DNA of 64,000 nucleotides from the human T2T-CHM13v2.0 reference genome, Homo sapiens. The notes under the pieces are model-generated. The model was given only the letters and a program-made list of their open reading frames with translations, made no database searches and had not been told where the DNA came from. The translations under genes were made by a program, and so were the position numbers. Every line of letters begins with the position of its first letter. Position 1 is the first letter of the stretch. The DNA is taken from the NCBI RefSeq assembly GCF_009914755.1, contig NC_060940.1; one strand, 5' to 3'. Of this stretch, positions 1 to 17,400 are shown piece after piece.

Positions 1-142
<142 letters not shown>

Positions 143-159
143 TTAGCAGGGCTTCATGT

Positions 160-469
<310 letters not shown>

Positions 470-1894
470 AACTTCATTTATGTTCTGTTTGACGAGCAAT
501 TTGGTTCTCAGGTTTGTCCTGGATCTCAATGGGGTTGAGGTAAAACCTAGCACCTGCCTGGGGTGGGGCAGGAGCTGTGTGCCCTTGTCAAGCCCCTCCC
601 TGAGTACATACCAGGCTGTGTTCTAGACACCAAAGACACTGGTGAGCAAGGTGGGTGGAGCTTCTGTGCTCACAAAGCTATCAGATTTGGGAGAAACAAA
701 CATGAAAAAGAATATATACGAATGTGTAATCACTAGTTCTCATGAGATCTCGGAGAGAGCTGCAGGATTATAACGAGGGGCTCTAATGGAGAGGAAGAGC
801 TTAAGGGGAAACGTGGCATTCACGCTCATGGGGAGGATGAGTAAGAACCTGCAAATGCATGCCGGACCAGCGAACAGTGTGTGCAAAGGCCCTAAAGTTG
901 GGACCTCCATGTGACTGAATGAAGGGGCCCTAGGGCAGTGGTGTTCGATGAGGTGGGAGTTTGGCAGTGGGTCCTCAGCAGGGTGTAGTGGAGCACAGCC
1001 CGCAGTGGGCAAGGTGCTCCGAGAGAAATGCACAGAAGAAACGGGTAACAGCCCCTGCCCTGGAGGAACCAAGAGTCAAGAGTCAGCGTGGGGAGGGCAG
1101 GGCTGCTTCTGTACAAAATAACTGGAGGGGCCAGCACAGTGGCTTACACCTGTAATCCTAGCACTTTGGGAGGCTGAGGTGGGAGAATTGCTCGAGCCCA
1201 GGAGTTCAAGGCTGCAGTGAGCTATGATCGTGCCGCTGCACACCAGCCTGAGCAACAAAGTGAGACCTTGTCTCTTAAATAAACTAATACATAATAAAGT
1301 AACTGGAGAAATTATAGGCTGAGAGATTGGCTGGAGGTGGAGCAGAATCTTTAGGGCAGGCCTCCGGGAGACAGACTAGAAATGAGCCTAGAAGGATCAG
1401 TGTGGTTTGGAGCATAACGTGAGATCTGAAGAAAAAGAAACCCAGGAGCCTCCTTGGAAGGGTAGAAAGTCTGTGACCCGCAGAAGTAACATTCAGAGAA
1501 GCAGAGGGCTTGCTAATGGGTGAAGGCCTGGGTGTTCAGGGAAGTGGATGCTCTTAGAGGCAGGAAGAATGGGAGGCCTTGAGGAGGAGAAGGTGGGGCA
1601 TTGAAAAGGGGTGAAGGGAAGCAAGGAGTCCTAGAAGGTCTCTCTTACAGAAGCTCAGAAATAGCAACTAAATCACCTATTGGGGGAGGGCTCTAACACC
1701 AGCATCTGCACCTACCCTTTTTTAAACTTACAAAATACTCCAAATGTATTAGAATACTCAAAATAACATGACAGAAGCCCATGCCCACCACCCAGAGTGA
1801 CACAAGTTAACGTTTGCCAGTTGGCACCTTAGAGTGTTGGTTTGGCTGTTCCTTTTACAGCTGTGCAGAGCCCAATGCTGCGCAGAGAGGCTGA

Positions 1895-2044
<150 letters not shown>

Positions 2045-3454
2045 TGAGTAGCTGGGATTACAGGCACCTGCCACCATACCTGGCTGATTTTTTTTAGAGA
2101 TGGGGTTTCACCATGTTGGCCAGGCTGGTCTCGAACTCCTGACCTCAGGTGATCTGCCTGCCTCAACCTCCCAAAGTGCTGGGAGTAGAGGCGTGAACCA
2201 CTGCGCCCGACCCCAGTTCAGAGCATTTGACTGTGTTCCTCCTCGATGCCAGGCCTGGACTGATGCATGCTGAGGCCCCAGAGGAGAATCTGCTACTTCC
2301 AGTCGCCATCCTGCCTCCTGGGGGTGGTTTTTGCAGTAACCACAGAAGGAATAGTCTGGTTTTCTTTAAATGCAGTGTAAAATTCAAAAGATCTAAAAGA
2401 ATATACAATGAAACATCTGCCTTCCACATCTGACCCCCAGCCCCCATGCACTTCCACAGGGAATTCACCTCACCAGTTTGAGTCTTCTTCCAGAGAGATC
2501 TTGCACCTGTACAAATACATCTTTCCATTTTATTTTCAAAAACCTAAATAGCGGCCTGACATTTAAAAAAATCTTTTTTATGGAGGTAAAAATGTTAACG
2601 TACAGCTGGAATACCTTTCACACATGCACACATCGATGTCTCCCCACCAGGCTCTGGATACGGAGCTGCCAACCCCCTGTACACTCTCTCATGGGTCTTT
2701 CTAGTCAATACCCCCACCCCAGAGCAGTTAACCACTGCTCAGCTTCCAGGACCATTCGTTAGTTTTACCTGTTTTTGAACTTAGTATAAATGGCTTTCAA
2801 CCCTAAATGGCAGCGGGAGGGTATGTTCACATGGGACTGGAGGCTGGAGGATGCCTTGCAGTCCCAGGGTTCTGTGGTTGATGCTGGTCAGAGCCCTGGG
2901 TGCCTGGGGCTGGCCAGTGGTGCTAATGTGGGGTTTTTGTTTTTATTTTTATTTATTTTTTTGAGACAGGGTTTCACTCCAGGCTGGAGTGCAGTGGTGT
3001 CATCATAGCTCACCGCAGCCTCTACCTCCTGAGCTCAAGCAATCCTCCCAGCTCAGCCTCCAAGTAGCTGGGACTATAGGCGCATGCCACCACACCTGGC
3101 TGATTTTGTATTTTTTGTAGAGCTGAGGTTTCACCACATTGACCAGGCTTGTCTCAAACTCCTGGGCTCAAGTCATCCTCCTGCCTGGCCTCCCAAAATG
3201 CTGGGATTACTGCGCCCAGCCCAGGGGGTGCTATTTTGGAGCCTAAGTGTTGGCCCACTCTCTCAAGTCCTATGGAACCATGTGTAGGCAACCATGGTAA
3301 AGGCATGGGAATCCCAGCTCTAGTGACTGACATTGTCACAGATCACATATAAATCCGAGGAGGGTGGGTGGAACAGTTGTGGACACCATTTGACTGAGTA
3401 GAAGCCAGGGCCTAGAATAATGTGTAACGCATAGTAGGTACTCAGTCAGTACTG

Positions 3455-3902
<448 letters not shown>

Positions 3903-4790
3903 TAGGGCCCAGCATTGGAATTGGCTAGCAGGGAGGGTGGCAGCACGGGTGGCCACCCTCTGGTCCCCCAGCCCTGGCAGCCTGCAGTCTTTGCCTCTTT
4001 TAGTCTTCATGAGCCTAGACACTACTGCAGCCTCGATTTCTGTCCGGAGTGCACACCAGCAGGTCCAGCTGCAGAGAAGCCGGGGGACACCCGAGGGTAG
4101 CCACTGGCCTTTCTGTGGTTCTGCACGTACTGGTGTTCCTCCTGTGCCAGGTGCTGGGGAGACAATGGGAAACCAAACACATCATTTGGCCTCTGCCTAC
4201 ACAGGCAGAGCAGACCAGCTGATATCACAAAAATAAATGCACATCACAAGCTTTTAGTTTCTCTTCTGCAGTAGAGAAGGACAGGGTGTTATGGGAAGGA
4301 GCAGTGGGAACTCCGACCTGGTGGAGCGGGGGCAGGAAGTCTCCAAGGAAGGCCGAGTAGACACCGACCTGAGGGACACACAGGAGTGAACTGGGAGAGG
4401 GGGTGTGCTCTGAGCTGAAGGTCACTGTGTGCAGAGGCCTAGAGCTGGCAGGAGTCTGAGTGCTGGGAACTGGAGATGCTGGGGGATGAGTGCACAGCAA
4501 GGGTCGGAGTTACCAGGCGTGGGCTGGCAAGGCAGCTGGCACCAGTACAGGGCCTTAGAGGCCGTGCTGAGGATTTGGGTCATTGTGCTAAGAACAACAG
4601 GGAGCCACTGAAGGGTTTGAAGGAGAAGGAGGTGGAGCAGTTAGATTTCTGTTCCTAAGTTTTAATTTTGGCTGGGAGGGGCACAGGAGGCAAAAGGAGG
4701 TATCTCGGGCTGGGGTCAGCTACCGATGGGGTCGGGGAGGGCTGGGGCCAGTGGTTACTTGCAGTCTGGAGTGCAGTGGAGTTACTTGCA

Positions 4791-5264
4791 GTGGAGTCTA
4801 CAGTCCTGGGCTTGGGGGACTGGTGGAGCCTGCAGTCCTGGGCTTGGGGGACTGGTAGAGCCTGCAGTCCTGGGTTTGGGGGACCGGTGGAGGTTTCAGT
4901 CCTGGGCTTGGGGGACTGGTAGAGCCTGCAGTCCTGGGTTTGGGGGACTGGTAGAGGTTTCAGTCCTGGGTTTGGGAGACCGGTGGAGCCTGCAGTCCTG
5001 GGCTTGGGAGACCGGTGGAGCCTGCAGTCCTGTGTTTGGGGGACTGGTGGAGCCTGCAGTCCTGGGCTTGGGGAAGTGGTGGACTACAGTCCTTGCGGTG
5101 GACTGGTGGAGCCTGCAGTCCCGGTGGGGGACTGGTGGAGCCTGCAGTCCTGTGTTTGGGGGACTGGTGGGGCCTGCAGTCCTGAGCTTGGGAGACTGAT
5201 GGAGCCTGCAGTCCTGGGCTTGGGGGACTGGTGGAGTCTGCAGTCCTGGGGTGGGGGGACTGGT
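4791..5264. repeat. G-rich 32-bp minisatellite, ~15 copies, in GPT2 intron 5
   Basis: Unit GGAGCCTGCAGTCCTGGGCTTGGGGGACTGGT; CAGTCC anchors at 4801, 4833, 4865, 4897, 4929, 4961, 4993, 5025, 5057, 5087, 5116, 5145, 5177, 5209, 5241. Confidence 0.95.
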
Positions 5265-5910
5265 TGCCTGCCTATCCCTTTCTGCACACGCCTCCCAGGG
5301 CCTGGAATGGTGCTGGGTGCTGTCAACTCATCTGTTCTCAGGGAGCCATGTGCTGTCTGAACGCTTCCTTTAATGGGGCTTTGTTTCCTGACCTGTAAGG
5401 CTCTTGTTTGTTGAGTGCTTTTTTCCTTTCCCAAAGCCTTTCTTACACGTTAAGCTCTTATTGGAGCCCATGGGAAATGGAGGCCCAGAGACATTAAGTG
5501 GTCTACCTGCCTAGAGTCAGTTCTTGTGACATTTGGGACTCTAACATTGGAGCTCCAGCTACCAATCACATCATCTTCCATTGCCTTCTGCTGTCAAGGC
5601 CTCTCTTGAATCCCAGAAATGCCCAGTGTGGGAAGAGGTCCTGGAGGAGGGAAGGGGGCGTGTCCACAAGATTCAGTGGAAAGAATCAAGTCATTGTACT
5701 TTAAAATCTCGTGGCATTTTTGTAGCAAGGAACTGAGTCTGAAAAAGGACCTATGCCCGTGTTTAAGGTGGAGACTCTCCCTGCAGAGGGTTTTGTCTAA
5801 TTAATTCAATGAATTACTGGCACATCCACCAATACCCCAAAGGAATCCCATGGCCTGGTTTCTCAGAAATCTTCAACAAGCATCCTGCTCAGCTTGGAAA
5901 ACAGGTCAAA

Positions 5911-5924
5911 GCGCCACCTGGTGG
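5911..5924 (-). promoter_or_regulatory. Predicted CTCF core motif in GPT2 intron 5
   Basis: GCGCCACCTGGTGG = CCACCAGGTGGCGC on -, a full match to CCASYAGRKGGCRS; motif only. Confidence 0.6.
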
Positions 5925-6329
5925 CAGTAGATGGGTATTTTATCCCATTTTAAGAGTCCCCTGTTGGGGTGGGTGTGGGGTGGGGTCTTTCCAACCTTGG
6001 GCACTAATACTGATAACACACATTCCTGGGCCCCACCCCTGACATAGGGAATCAGGATTACAGGAGCAGGGTCAGAATAATTCTGAGACAGGGCTAGTGT
6101 GGGAACTATTTTAGAAGTATTAAAAATACAAGTATTGAGTCTGTTTAAAAATATATATTTTTAAAAGAAAAATAATATTTTTAAATTTTTAAGTAGGGAG
6201 GTGGAGGTCTCACTGTGTTGCCCAGGCTGGTCTCGAACTCTTGGCCTCAAGCGATTTGGCTGCCTCAGTCTCCCAAAGTGCTAGGATTTTAGACGTGAGC
6301 CACCGTGCCCAGCCTAAGTACTGAGTCAT

Positions 6330-6820
<491 letters not shown>

Positions 6821-7025
6821 TAGAGGGTGGGGGTGGCTGATACACTGGCTGTCTAGAAACCAGAGTTAAATAATTGGAGGGTCTCTCTGCCCCTAGTTTC
6901 CCTTCCAGATTTGCTAACCTAAAGCCATGAAATTTGCCACAGGCCACCTCAAGAGGTGAGTAGGCCAGGTGCGGTGGCCCATGCCTGTAATCCCAGCACT
7001 TTGGGAGGCCGAGGCAGATGGATCA

Positions 7026-7417
<392 letters not shown>

Positions 7418-8392
7418 CTAAAAAGTGAGTAAATGCAGACATTTTCTGGGGCAGTTTGAATAATAATTATTATTTTATAGAGATTGGGTCTTACTCTGTG
7501 GCTCCAGGCCTGGCTGAAGTGCAAGTGGTATGATCATAACTCACTGCAGCCTTGAACTCCTGGAGATCTTCCTGTCTCAGCCTCCTGAGTAGCTCAGACT
7601 ACAGGCAGCACCACCACGCCCAGCTAATATTTTAATTTTTTATTTTTGTAGAGACAGGGTCTTGCTGTGTGTCCCAGGCTGGTCTTAACTCCTGGCCTCA
7701 AGTGATCCTCCCAAAGCACTGGGATTATAGGCATGAGCCACTGCACCCAGCCAGGGTTGTATTGTTATTTTTAAGACTGGTTTTTTGGGTGTTTTTTTCC
7801 CCTGTTCTTCATTTGCAAAGACTTGCCTCCTTGAGATTATTTACTCACAAACTTACCGTTAATCATAGGCCTCATTTTACCGTCACTCTTCCTTATTTTT
7901 CTGAACTGGATTTGAGAATGCTGGTGTGTGTGTTGGTTTTTCTTTGATACAGCACTGCTGTGTACCTTTAAGGCCTGAGAGGAAAATGTCATATTCAAAA
8001 CAAAAGCAACTAAACCAAAAAAACCACTAATTTCCAGAAGTTGAAAAGCACCCCCAATTTTGCATATTTTTCTTTAAAAAAAAGTCTGCAGTCCTGCCTG
8101 TTTTGATCTTTCTGGGCCGCTGCCTTCATATGCCCCCAGTGCTATTTGGACACAGGGAACAAGGGCTCCTCTCTCCTCCTTTGTTGAGATAAATTGGGTC
8201 AGGGCCAAAATGCATTGGAGTTGGTTGTGGAATCTGTTTCTCGGGAACATCAAATGATGCTTCAGTCAGCTGAAAACACCCCTTGAATTCCCGAGTGCAG
8301 AAAATGGGTGCAGCTGGCGATACCACTGGCTTGTTTACCCCAGCTCCTGGGAGTGTGGGGGATAAAGATTCAGTAGGAAAATAACATAGAGC

Positions 8393-8662
8393 TGGCTTCT
8401 CAATCCTGGTTGTACGTTAGAATCACAAAGGGAACTTTGAAAAATGTCAAAATTGAGGCCACACCCTAGGATCTCTGAGATATCGGTAGCCTGTGCTGCC
8501 GAGGCTGAGACCCACTGCCTCAGAAGCATGGTGCCCAAGCTGCGGGGCCCCACTTCAGACACTTGGATGTAATTGGGCCGGGGTATGGTTTGAGAGTTTG
8601 CATCTCTAACAAATTCCCAGGTGATACTGATGCCGGGCCCAGGACCACACTTGGGGTAGCAA
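8393..8662. mobile_element. MER5-like fragments
   Basis: ttctcaatcctggttgtacgttagaatcac; tttgcatctctaacaaattcccaggtgatactgatg...ggaccacactt. Confidence 0.65.
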
Positions 8663-9400
8663 GTTCTGCAACATCTTGGGAAAGACACTGTACCTAGTCC
8701 ACATCACAGAGTCAACACATTCTTGGCCAGGTGTTTACTTAAATCTTTTCACCTGACTGAGAAGAAGTCATTGTACCAGAGAAGTCTCCTGCTCTGAGTA
8801 AAGAGGTCATTTTCTATTAATCTGATATATTGACATAAGTAATTTTTATAAAGAATAACTTTATGAGTGGGCAGGACCTGGCCTTGCTCCCGGGGTCTTC
8901 ACTGTGTGAGAGTCAGTCAGCTGTGAGAAGAGGGTCTCTGGAAAATAGAAACCCACCTGTGATGACCATATGTCTTGTCTGGACCACACACTGTGACCAG
9001 GGTGGCTTAAAGGTGTCAGAGTGGACTGGGTTCTTAAACCAGGACCCTTTTGGTTTCAAGACAGAAACCCAACTTGAGACTGAAGGGATTGGAGGGTGGA
9101 ACTGTGGAGTGCAGGGTTGAAGCAGTGCGCCTGAGTCAGAGTCCGTGTCACAGGAGCCTCGGTACCCTCCTCAGCTGTACCTTCCTCTGGGTTGCAGTCC
9201 TCAGGAAGAATCCATCCTTGGAGTGGCTTCAGCACTTTCAGCCATTGCCATCAGCTGAGCTGCCTTACAGCCGAGCCTCTTCCAGAGTTTCACCATTCCC
9301 AAGTTGGGTCACCTGCCCATTCCTGAACCAGTCAAATCCCTGGGACTCTGATTGGCAGCTCTGTGTCCCAGGCCTCCCGCTGGAGTTCCCCATAGGACAG

Positions 9401-9752
9401 TGGTATTAGGCCATTCTTGCATTGCTATAAAGAAATACCTGAGACTGGGTAATTTTTAAGAAAAGAGGCTTGATTGGTTCACAGTTCTGCAGACTGTACA
9501 GGAAGCATGGTGGTATCAGCTTCTGGGGATGCCTCAGGAAGCTTCCAGTCAAAGCGGAAGGTGAAGGGGGAGCACGCACATCGCATGGCAAGAGCAGGAA
9601 CAAGAGAGAGAATCAGGGCGGGGCAGGGGATGCCGCAGACTTTCAGGGTCTGCTCCCTTGACCCAAACACCTCCCACTAGACCCACCTCCAACATGGGGA
9701 TTACATTTCAATGTGAGATTTGGGTGGGGACAAACATCCAAACTACGTGAAC
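9401..9752 (-). mobile_element. MST-type MaLR LTR (MSTA/MSTB-like)
   Basis: gtattaggccattcttgcattgctataaagaaatacctgagactgggtaattt...gagatttgggtggggacaaacatccaaact. Confidence 0.8.
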
Positions 9753-11762
9753 AGTCGTGATCTGTCACTCAAAGGAGGATGCTCAGTCACCAGCTACAGA
9801 TGTTCCCATCAGCTTTTGGGGAATTAATTTGGCCCAGCCTCGAAAGGTACTTGGGAGACCCCTCTCCAGCCTTTGGGGCCTGTATCAAAGCCATGTCTCA
9901 TGTCTCCCCCAGCTGTGCCCTGGCTTCTCTAATGCCATTTATGACATTCCCTTCTCCTGCGCCACTGTTCATGCACTTATCTGTTCACTGGCTCAGCGGG
10001 CATGCTCTGAGGCGCTGGAGAGAACTAAGTTCTGCCCTTATCCTCACGCTGTGTGTAACAGCAGTATTATTTGCACACACTGGGTCTCATTTCCTTTACT
10101 GGGCTGAAGTCTTTTTAAGGCTCTGGTTCTTGCTTAGTCACTTGTGTTTCCTTTAGCATTTAGTGAACACAGCTTTTCTGGTGCTCAAATCCTGGTTTGC
10201 ATTCCAACAGGATAAAGTTTGTGGCATCACAAGCATGGAAGGGCAAGACCAGGAGGAATTACAGGCAGGTTCTGCTGTCCTCAGAAACCAGCCCTTCTCT
10301 GTCTGTGAGAATAGTGGCTGGTTTCTTATAGAAGCTGGGGCCTGCCACCCTCCTGGCATCCCAGAACCCTGAGCTTTTTAAATAGGAAGCCTAGTTGGTG
10401 CTTTCTTGGCAGAAGAAAAGTTGGTCCGTTAGTAAAGGAATTGGTTCATTGCTTAGCTAGTTCAAGATAGAAATTCTAATGGAATCATGCCACAGTCTTA
10501 CAAGGTACGTGTGTATGTTTTTTCCAGGCATATTTTTTATATTTTTCCATAGACCAGAATATAGGTATTATTAACAAAAAGGTAAGATACTCTATATACT
10601 GTTTTGCATATATATATATGTATGTATATATATATGTACACACACACACAGTAATAGGCTGGGTACAGAGGCTCATGCCTGTAATCCCAGCACTTTGGGA
10701 AGCTGAGGTTGGTGGATGGCCTGAGCCCAGGAGTTTGAGGCTGCAGTGAGCTAGGATCATGTAACTGCACTCCAGCAAGAGTGACAGAGCAAGACACTGT
10801 AAAGAATATACATACATGCATGTATAGAAACATATGTACACACACTTAGATATATATGTAATATACACAGGCATATAGTAAACAAACATAGCCCTTGTTA
10901 AGAAGTTAGCAAGCCTGATTATAGTGGTGGTTTTCCAGAGGATATTGTGAGCACATCAGATATTCCCGGTGCCACACTCAAAGCAGGTCTCAGGAAATAC
11001 CGAGGGAAGGTCCCATTTCTACCTCGTTGCGTTTACTCCTTCCCTCACCTGTACCCATGGCATTTCGTGTGAACGGATGGATCACTATCTTGCTGTTTGC
11101 ACTCATTTCTCTAAAATGGGGGCTGGGTGCGGTGGCTCACGCCTGTAATCTCAGCACTTTGGGAGGCCGAGGCGGGTGGATCACTTGGGGTCAGGAGTTC
11201 AAGACCAGCCTGGGTACATGGTAAAACCTCTTCTCTACAAAAAATAAAAAAGTTAGCTGGGCATGGTGGCTTACGCCTGTAGTTTCAGCTATTCGGGAAG
11301 GCTGAGGCAAGAGAATCACTTGAACCCAGGAGGCAGAGGTTGCAGTGAGCTGAGATTGTGCCACTGCACTCCAGCCTGGGTGACAGAGTGAGACTCCATC
11401 TCAAAAATTAAAGAGAAATAATAAAATGTGTTGTAAGTGTTCTCTGTTAGCGTTGAGTCCTGCAGCGTGCTCATCTTTAGTGATGCATGGTAGCAGCTGA
11501 CAGGAGACACCAAAGCTGGTGCCCAGGCCCATTCACTTAGCATTTATTCTGCAGTTATTTTTTGAGCATCTGTTGAGTGCTGTCTTCCAGGGCAGACGAT
11601 GAGCGGGGAGAGGCCTTGTCCCTGCCTTGTGGAGCTCATGGGTGCCTCTCTGGGGAGAAAGAAGCTAACTCTTCACCCGGTGGCCACAGCCAATGCGAGT
11701 CTCTTCACCATCTGCTGCTGGTGTGCAGTAATGGGGGGGAGGGCACAAGCTGATAGATTTAA

Positions 11763-12068
<306 letters not shown>

Positions 12069-12124
12069 TAGCAGGCCTTTTCTCCCTGCTCCTTATGATG
12101 CTTCCATGCCTTTCTGTTCTGCAG

Positions 12125-13604
<1,480 letters not shown>

Positions 13605-14520
13605 TAGCTTTCTCTTCTAGAGGGAGGGACCCAGCCCCCATTGTTCTGCAGCCAGAGAGAACTGTCTTGGTGTTGGAGGAATGATTCTGGCCTAGGGTGA
13701 GGATATTTAGTTTTACAACTTGTGGGACTGTGACTTAATTTACCCCTTTATTGGTTTGTACTCTTGGTTGTAAATTTCAGAAATTCAGCCCAAATCACTT
13801 AAGCTCCAAAAGAAAAAGGAAAAAGAAAAAATGCCAGTGGGGTCACAGGTACGCAGCTGGATCCAGGGGCTTGGACCTTATCTTTCAGGTCCTCTTTCCC
13901 TTTTCTACCCCTCTGTGTTGGCCTCATACACAGGCCTGTTATCTTTTCAGCCTAGAGATTCCCAGCCTAGAAAGAGGGCTTTTTGCCCTGGTGGTTGCAG
14001 CAAGTCTCAGAATTGAGCTTCATTGGTTCAGCCTGAGTCACACGCCCATTGCTGAACCAATCACTGTGATGTAGGGGTTCCAGTATGCAGATTGGCCAGG
14101 CCCAGAGCATAGGGTGGGCCCTCTGCTTTCTTCTCCCAAACCTCCAGATAGAGAACCAAGGAGGGTTATTCCTTGAGGGCCAATTGAGGGGGCTCCTACC
14201 CAACAAAGGAGGGTGGGTTCCCAGTGGCAGAAATGACTGACGCCCACTCCTCATAAAGCTGCAGTTCTGTGCCTCCCAGCGCTTCTGTATCTACTGTCTC
14301 ATTTAATTCGCTTACATCTCAGGAAGGGATCTTAACCCGGTACCTGTTGCTTCTTGAACTCCAGTTCTGGAACCAGGGTCTGCTCATTCTTTTTCTGTTT
14401 TGTAAGAAAGAAACTGAGGTTCCAGCAAATCCTCTTTTTATTTCCTCTTCATTTCTGCATGGTTTCCGGCGAGCTGCAGCTTCTAGCCCGCTGCCTTCAT
14501 TTCTTTGCTCCTTGTCACCC

Positions 14521-14655
14521 CCCCACACATGCCACACACATAAATGCAGACACACACACACGCATACACACACAGACATACACACATATACATATGTACA
14601 TACAGACACACACAGACACACGTACATAGACACACACACATACATACACACACAG
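14521..14655. repeat. Degenerate (CA)n/(CATA)n tract
   Basis: cacacacacacgcatacacacacagacatacacac... Confidence 0.9.
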
Positions 14656-15274
14656 CTTACCCATCAAATTGTTGCCTTAATAGTAGATGGGCCTGATATC
14701 TTCATTTCTAAAGGAGAGAAAGGGCAGCAGAGAGACCCATGGGTTTCCTCACAACCTGGTATACAGAACTTCCTTCTGGGTCTGGGAAGAGGAGGACGAG
14801 GAGGACAGGGCCTGGCTTGGCAATGGAGCCAGCTTGACCCTCCGACTGATCCCCAGGGCCCCAGAAAGGCTCAGTTTCTCTGATCTCCAAAATAGATGGG
14901 GAATTAACCTCAAAGGCCAGGGTGGGTGTCTGCCAGCTGTGAGTGCTGGACTCGGGACTGGAAAGAACCAAACGGGTATAAACGCTGCTCTGGCAGGGAA
15001 AAGTGGGTGGAAGAACACAATGATTCCACTCGAGTGGGGGGTTAAGTGTTGCAAAGGAAACCCAACAGGGTTAGCTCTTCAAATAGGAGGTCAGAGGAAA
15101 GGGCCACTAATGCCGTCGTCACCAGTGTTGGTAAAGCAAGGAAGCACCGTGCTTTAGGAGGAGAGTCTGCTTGGGAGGATGGGGGTCTCAGCACCATCAC
15201 TGGTCAGATGGGGTGGAAGGGAAGTCTGGGGATTGGGTGGGGACGAGTGTGAGAGAAATCAAGTGAGCTCCTGA

Positions 15275-15778
<504 letters not shown>

Positions 15779-16049
15779 TGAGAACAGCCCTGGTACAGGG
15801 GCTCAAATAAGGGCGTGCTCAGAGAAGCCTGACAACGGACAAATGGAGTGGAAACAGGACTACATGGCAGCTTGCGACACCTGGTGTTTTCTCTGTCACT
15901 TGTTCCGAGGTTGACTGATGTCTGAGAGGTCAGGGAGGGCAGATAGAGCAGACAAACAGATGCTGTTAGGCTGACTGGCTGTGCTCTGGGTGCAGGGCTG
16001 CCTTAGGCACTGTGTGACCTCAGAGGCTAAAGGGTCAGCTGTAATCCTG

Positions 16050-17400
16050 TGTCTGTTCATTCAGCTAATGTTTACTGAGCACTTACGATGAGTCCGGCAC
16101 TGATCTCAGCACCGCGGATGCCGCAGCGAACACCCTCCTGCCGGCACAAAGCGTGGGTTCTAGTGAGGGGGGAGAGCTGTAGGCAAATGAGTAAATCGTG
16201 CGTCCCACGGAGAACAGTCATTAGGAGAGAGGTAGGGGTGGGGTCGAAGGCTGAAGTGGTGCAGCCTCACTGAGGAGTTGGCTTCTGAGTTAAACCCCGA
16301 AGGAGTGTGGTGGGGAACTGTGCAGATATCTGGGGGAAGAGCATTGCAGGCAGCGGGAGCAGCCTGGGCAAAGACCCTGTGGTAGCAGCACACCTGCTGT
16401 GCTGGCAGAACACACCTGCCATGTTGGCGGAACAGCCAGGAGCTGGAAAGGAGGGGGCACGGGGGCAGTGGCAGGAGTGGAGACCTGAGAATTATAGGAG
16501 GCCAGGTCACCTGGTCCACTTTGCTGATTGTATTTTTCACTTGTGTTCAGCATGAGATAGGAGCTGTTGGAGGGGGTGTGGCCTTGCTTAGCTGGTGTGT
16601 TGCTCCTTCTGGCTGCTGTGTGATGGGGGATGGGGACAGAGGCCAGGAGGCTGTTACAGTCTCCCAGGTGAGATATCGTGCACCAGACAGAGATGGGGAG
16701 AGGATCCTGGATGTATTTGAAGGTGGAGTTGATAGGAATTGTGAGTGGAAAAGACAGGTGTGGGAGAGAAGAGTCAAAGATGAATCCTGGCCAGGTGCAG
16801 TGGCTCACGCCTGTGATCCAAGAACTTTGGGAGGCCGAGGTGGGAGGATCACTCGAGGCCAGGAGTTTGAGATCAGCCTGGATAATATAGCAAGACCCCT
16901 TCTCTACAAAAAAATGTTTTAAAACTCAGCCAGGTTTGGTGGTGCGCGCTTCCAGCTACTCAGGAGGCTGAGATGGGAGGATCGCTTAAGCCCAGGAGTT
17001 CCAGGCTGCGGTGAGCTGATGACGCCACTGCATGATGAATCTTTAGTTGTTCAAACAACAGGAAGGATGGTGTTGCAGTCAACAGATGAGGAAGGCTGAG
17101 GGTGAAGCAGGTTTAAGGGGAAAGAGCAGGAGTTTGGTTTTGGACCTGTTAAACTGAAACATGCCAGCTTGGCGTCCAGGTGGAGAGAGATGTGTAAGTC
17201 TCCAGGCAGGCTGACCTCTGGTGGGTGGTTTAAGTTTGGGAGATGTCCGGGTGTGAATTGTAAGATTGTTGGAGCTCTAAGCCTGGACACATCTCATACT
17301 TACATGGAGTGAGGCCTGGGCCTGGGCCCCCACTGCTAGGAGGTTAGGGGAAAGAGGAGGAAGCCACAGAGACTGAGGAGAGACCAGTGGGTTTGCAGCA
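16050..17400 (-). mobile_element. L2 remnant with an inserted Alu (~16789-17035)
   Basis: ttcattcagctaatgtttactgagcactta (L2 3' end), gaagagcattgcaggcagcgggagcagc, caggagtttggttttggacctgttaa; similar L2 pieces at ~590-1110, ~4130-4660 and ~36000-36140. Confidence 0.65.

Noticed and set aside
4668-5434. Repetitive W/G/S-rich ORFs
   Set aside because: Products of the 32-bp minisatellite; not a CRISPR array either, since units are adjacent with no unique spacers and the DNA is eukaryotic
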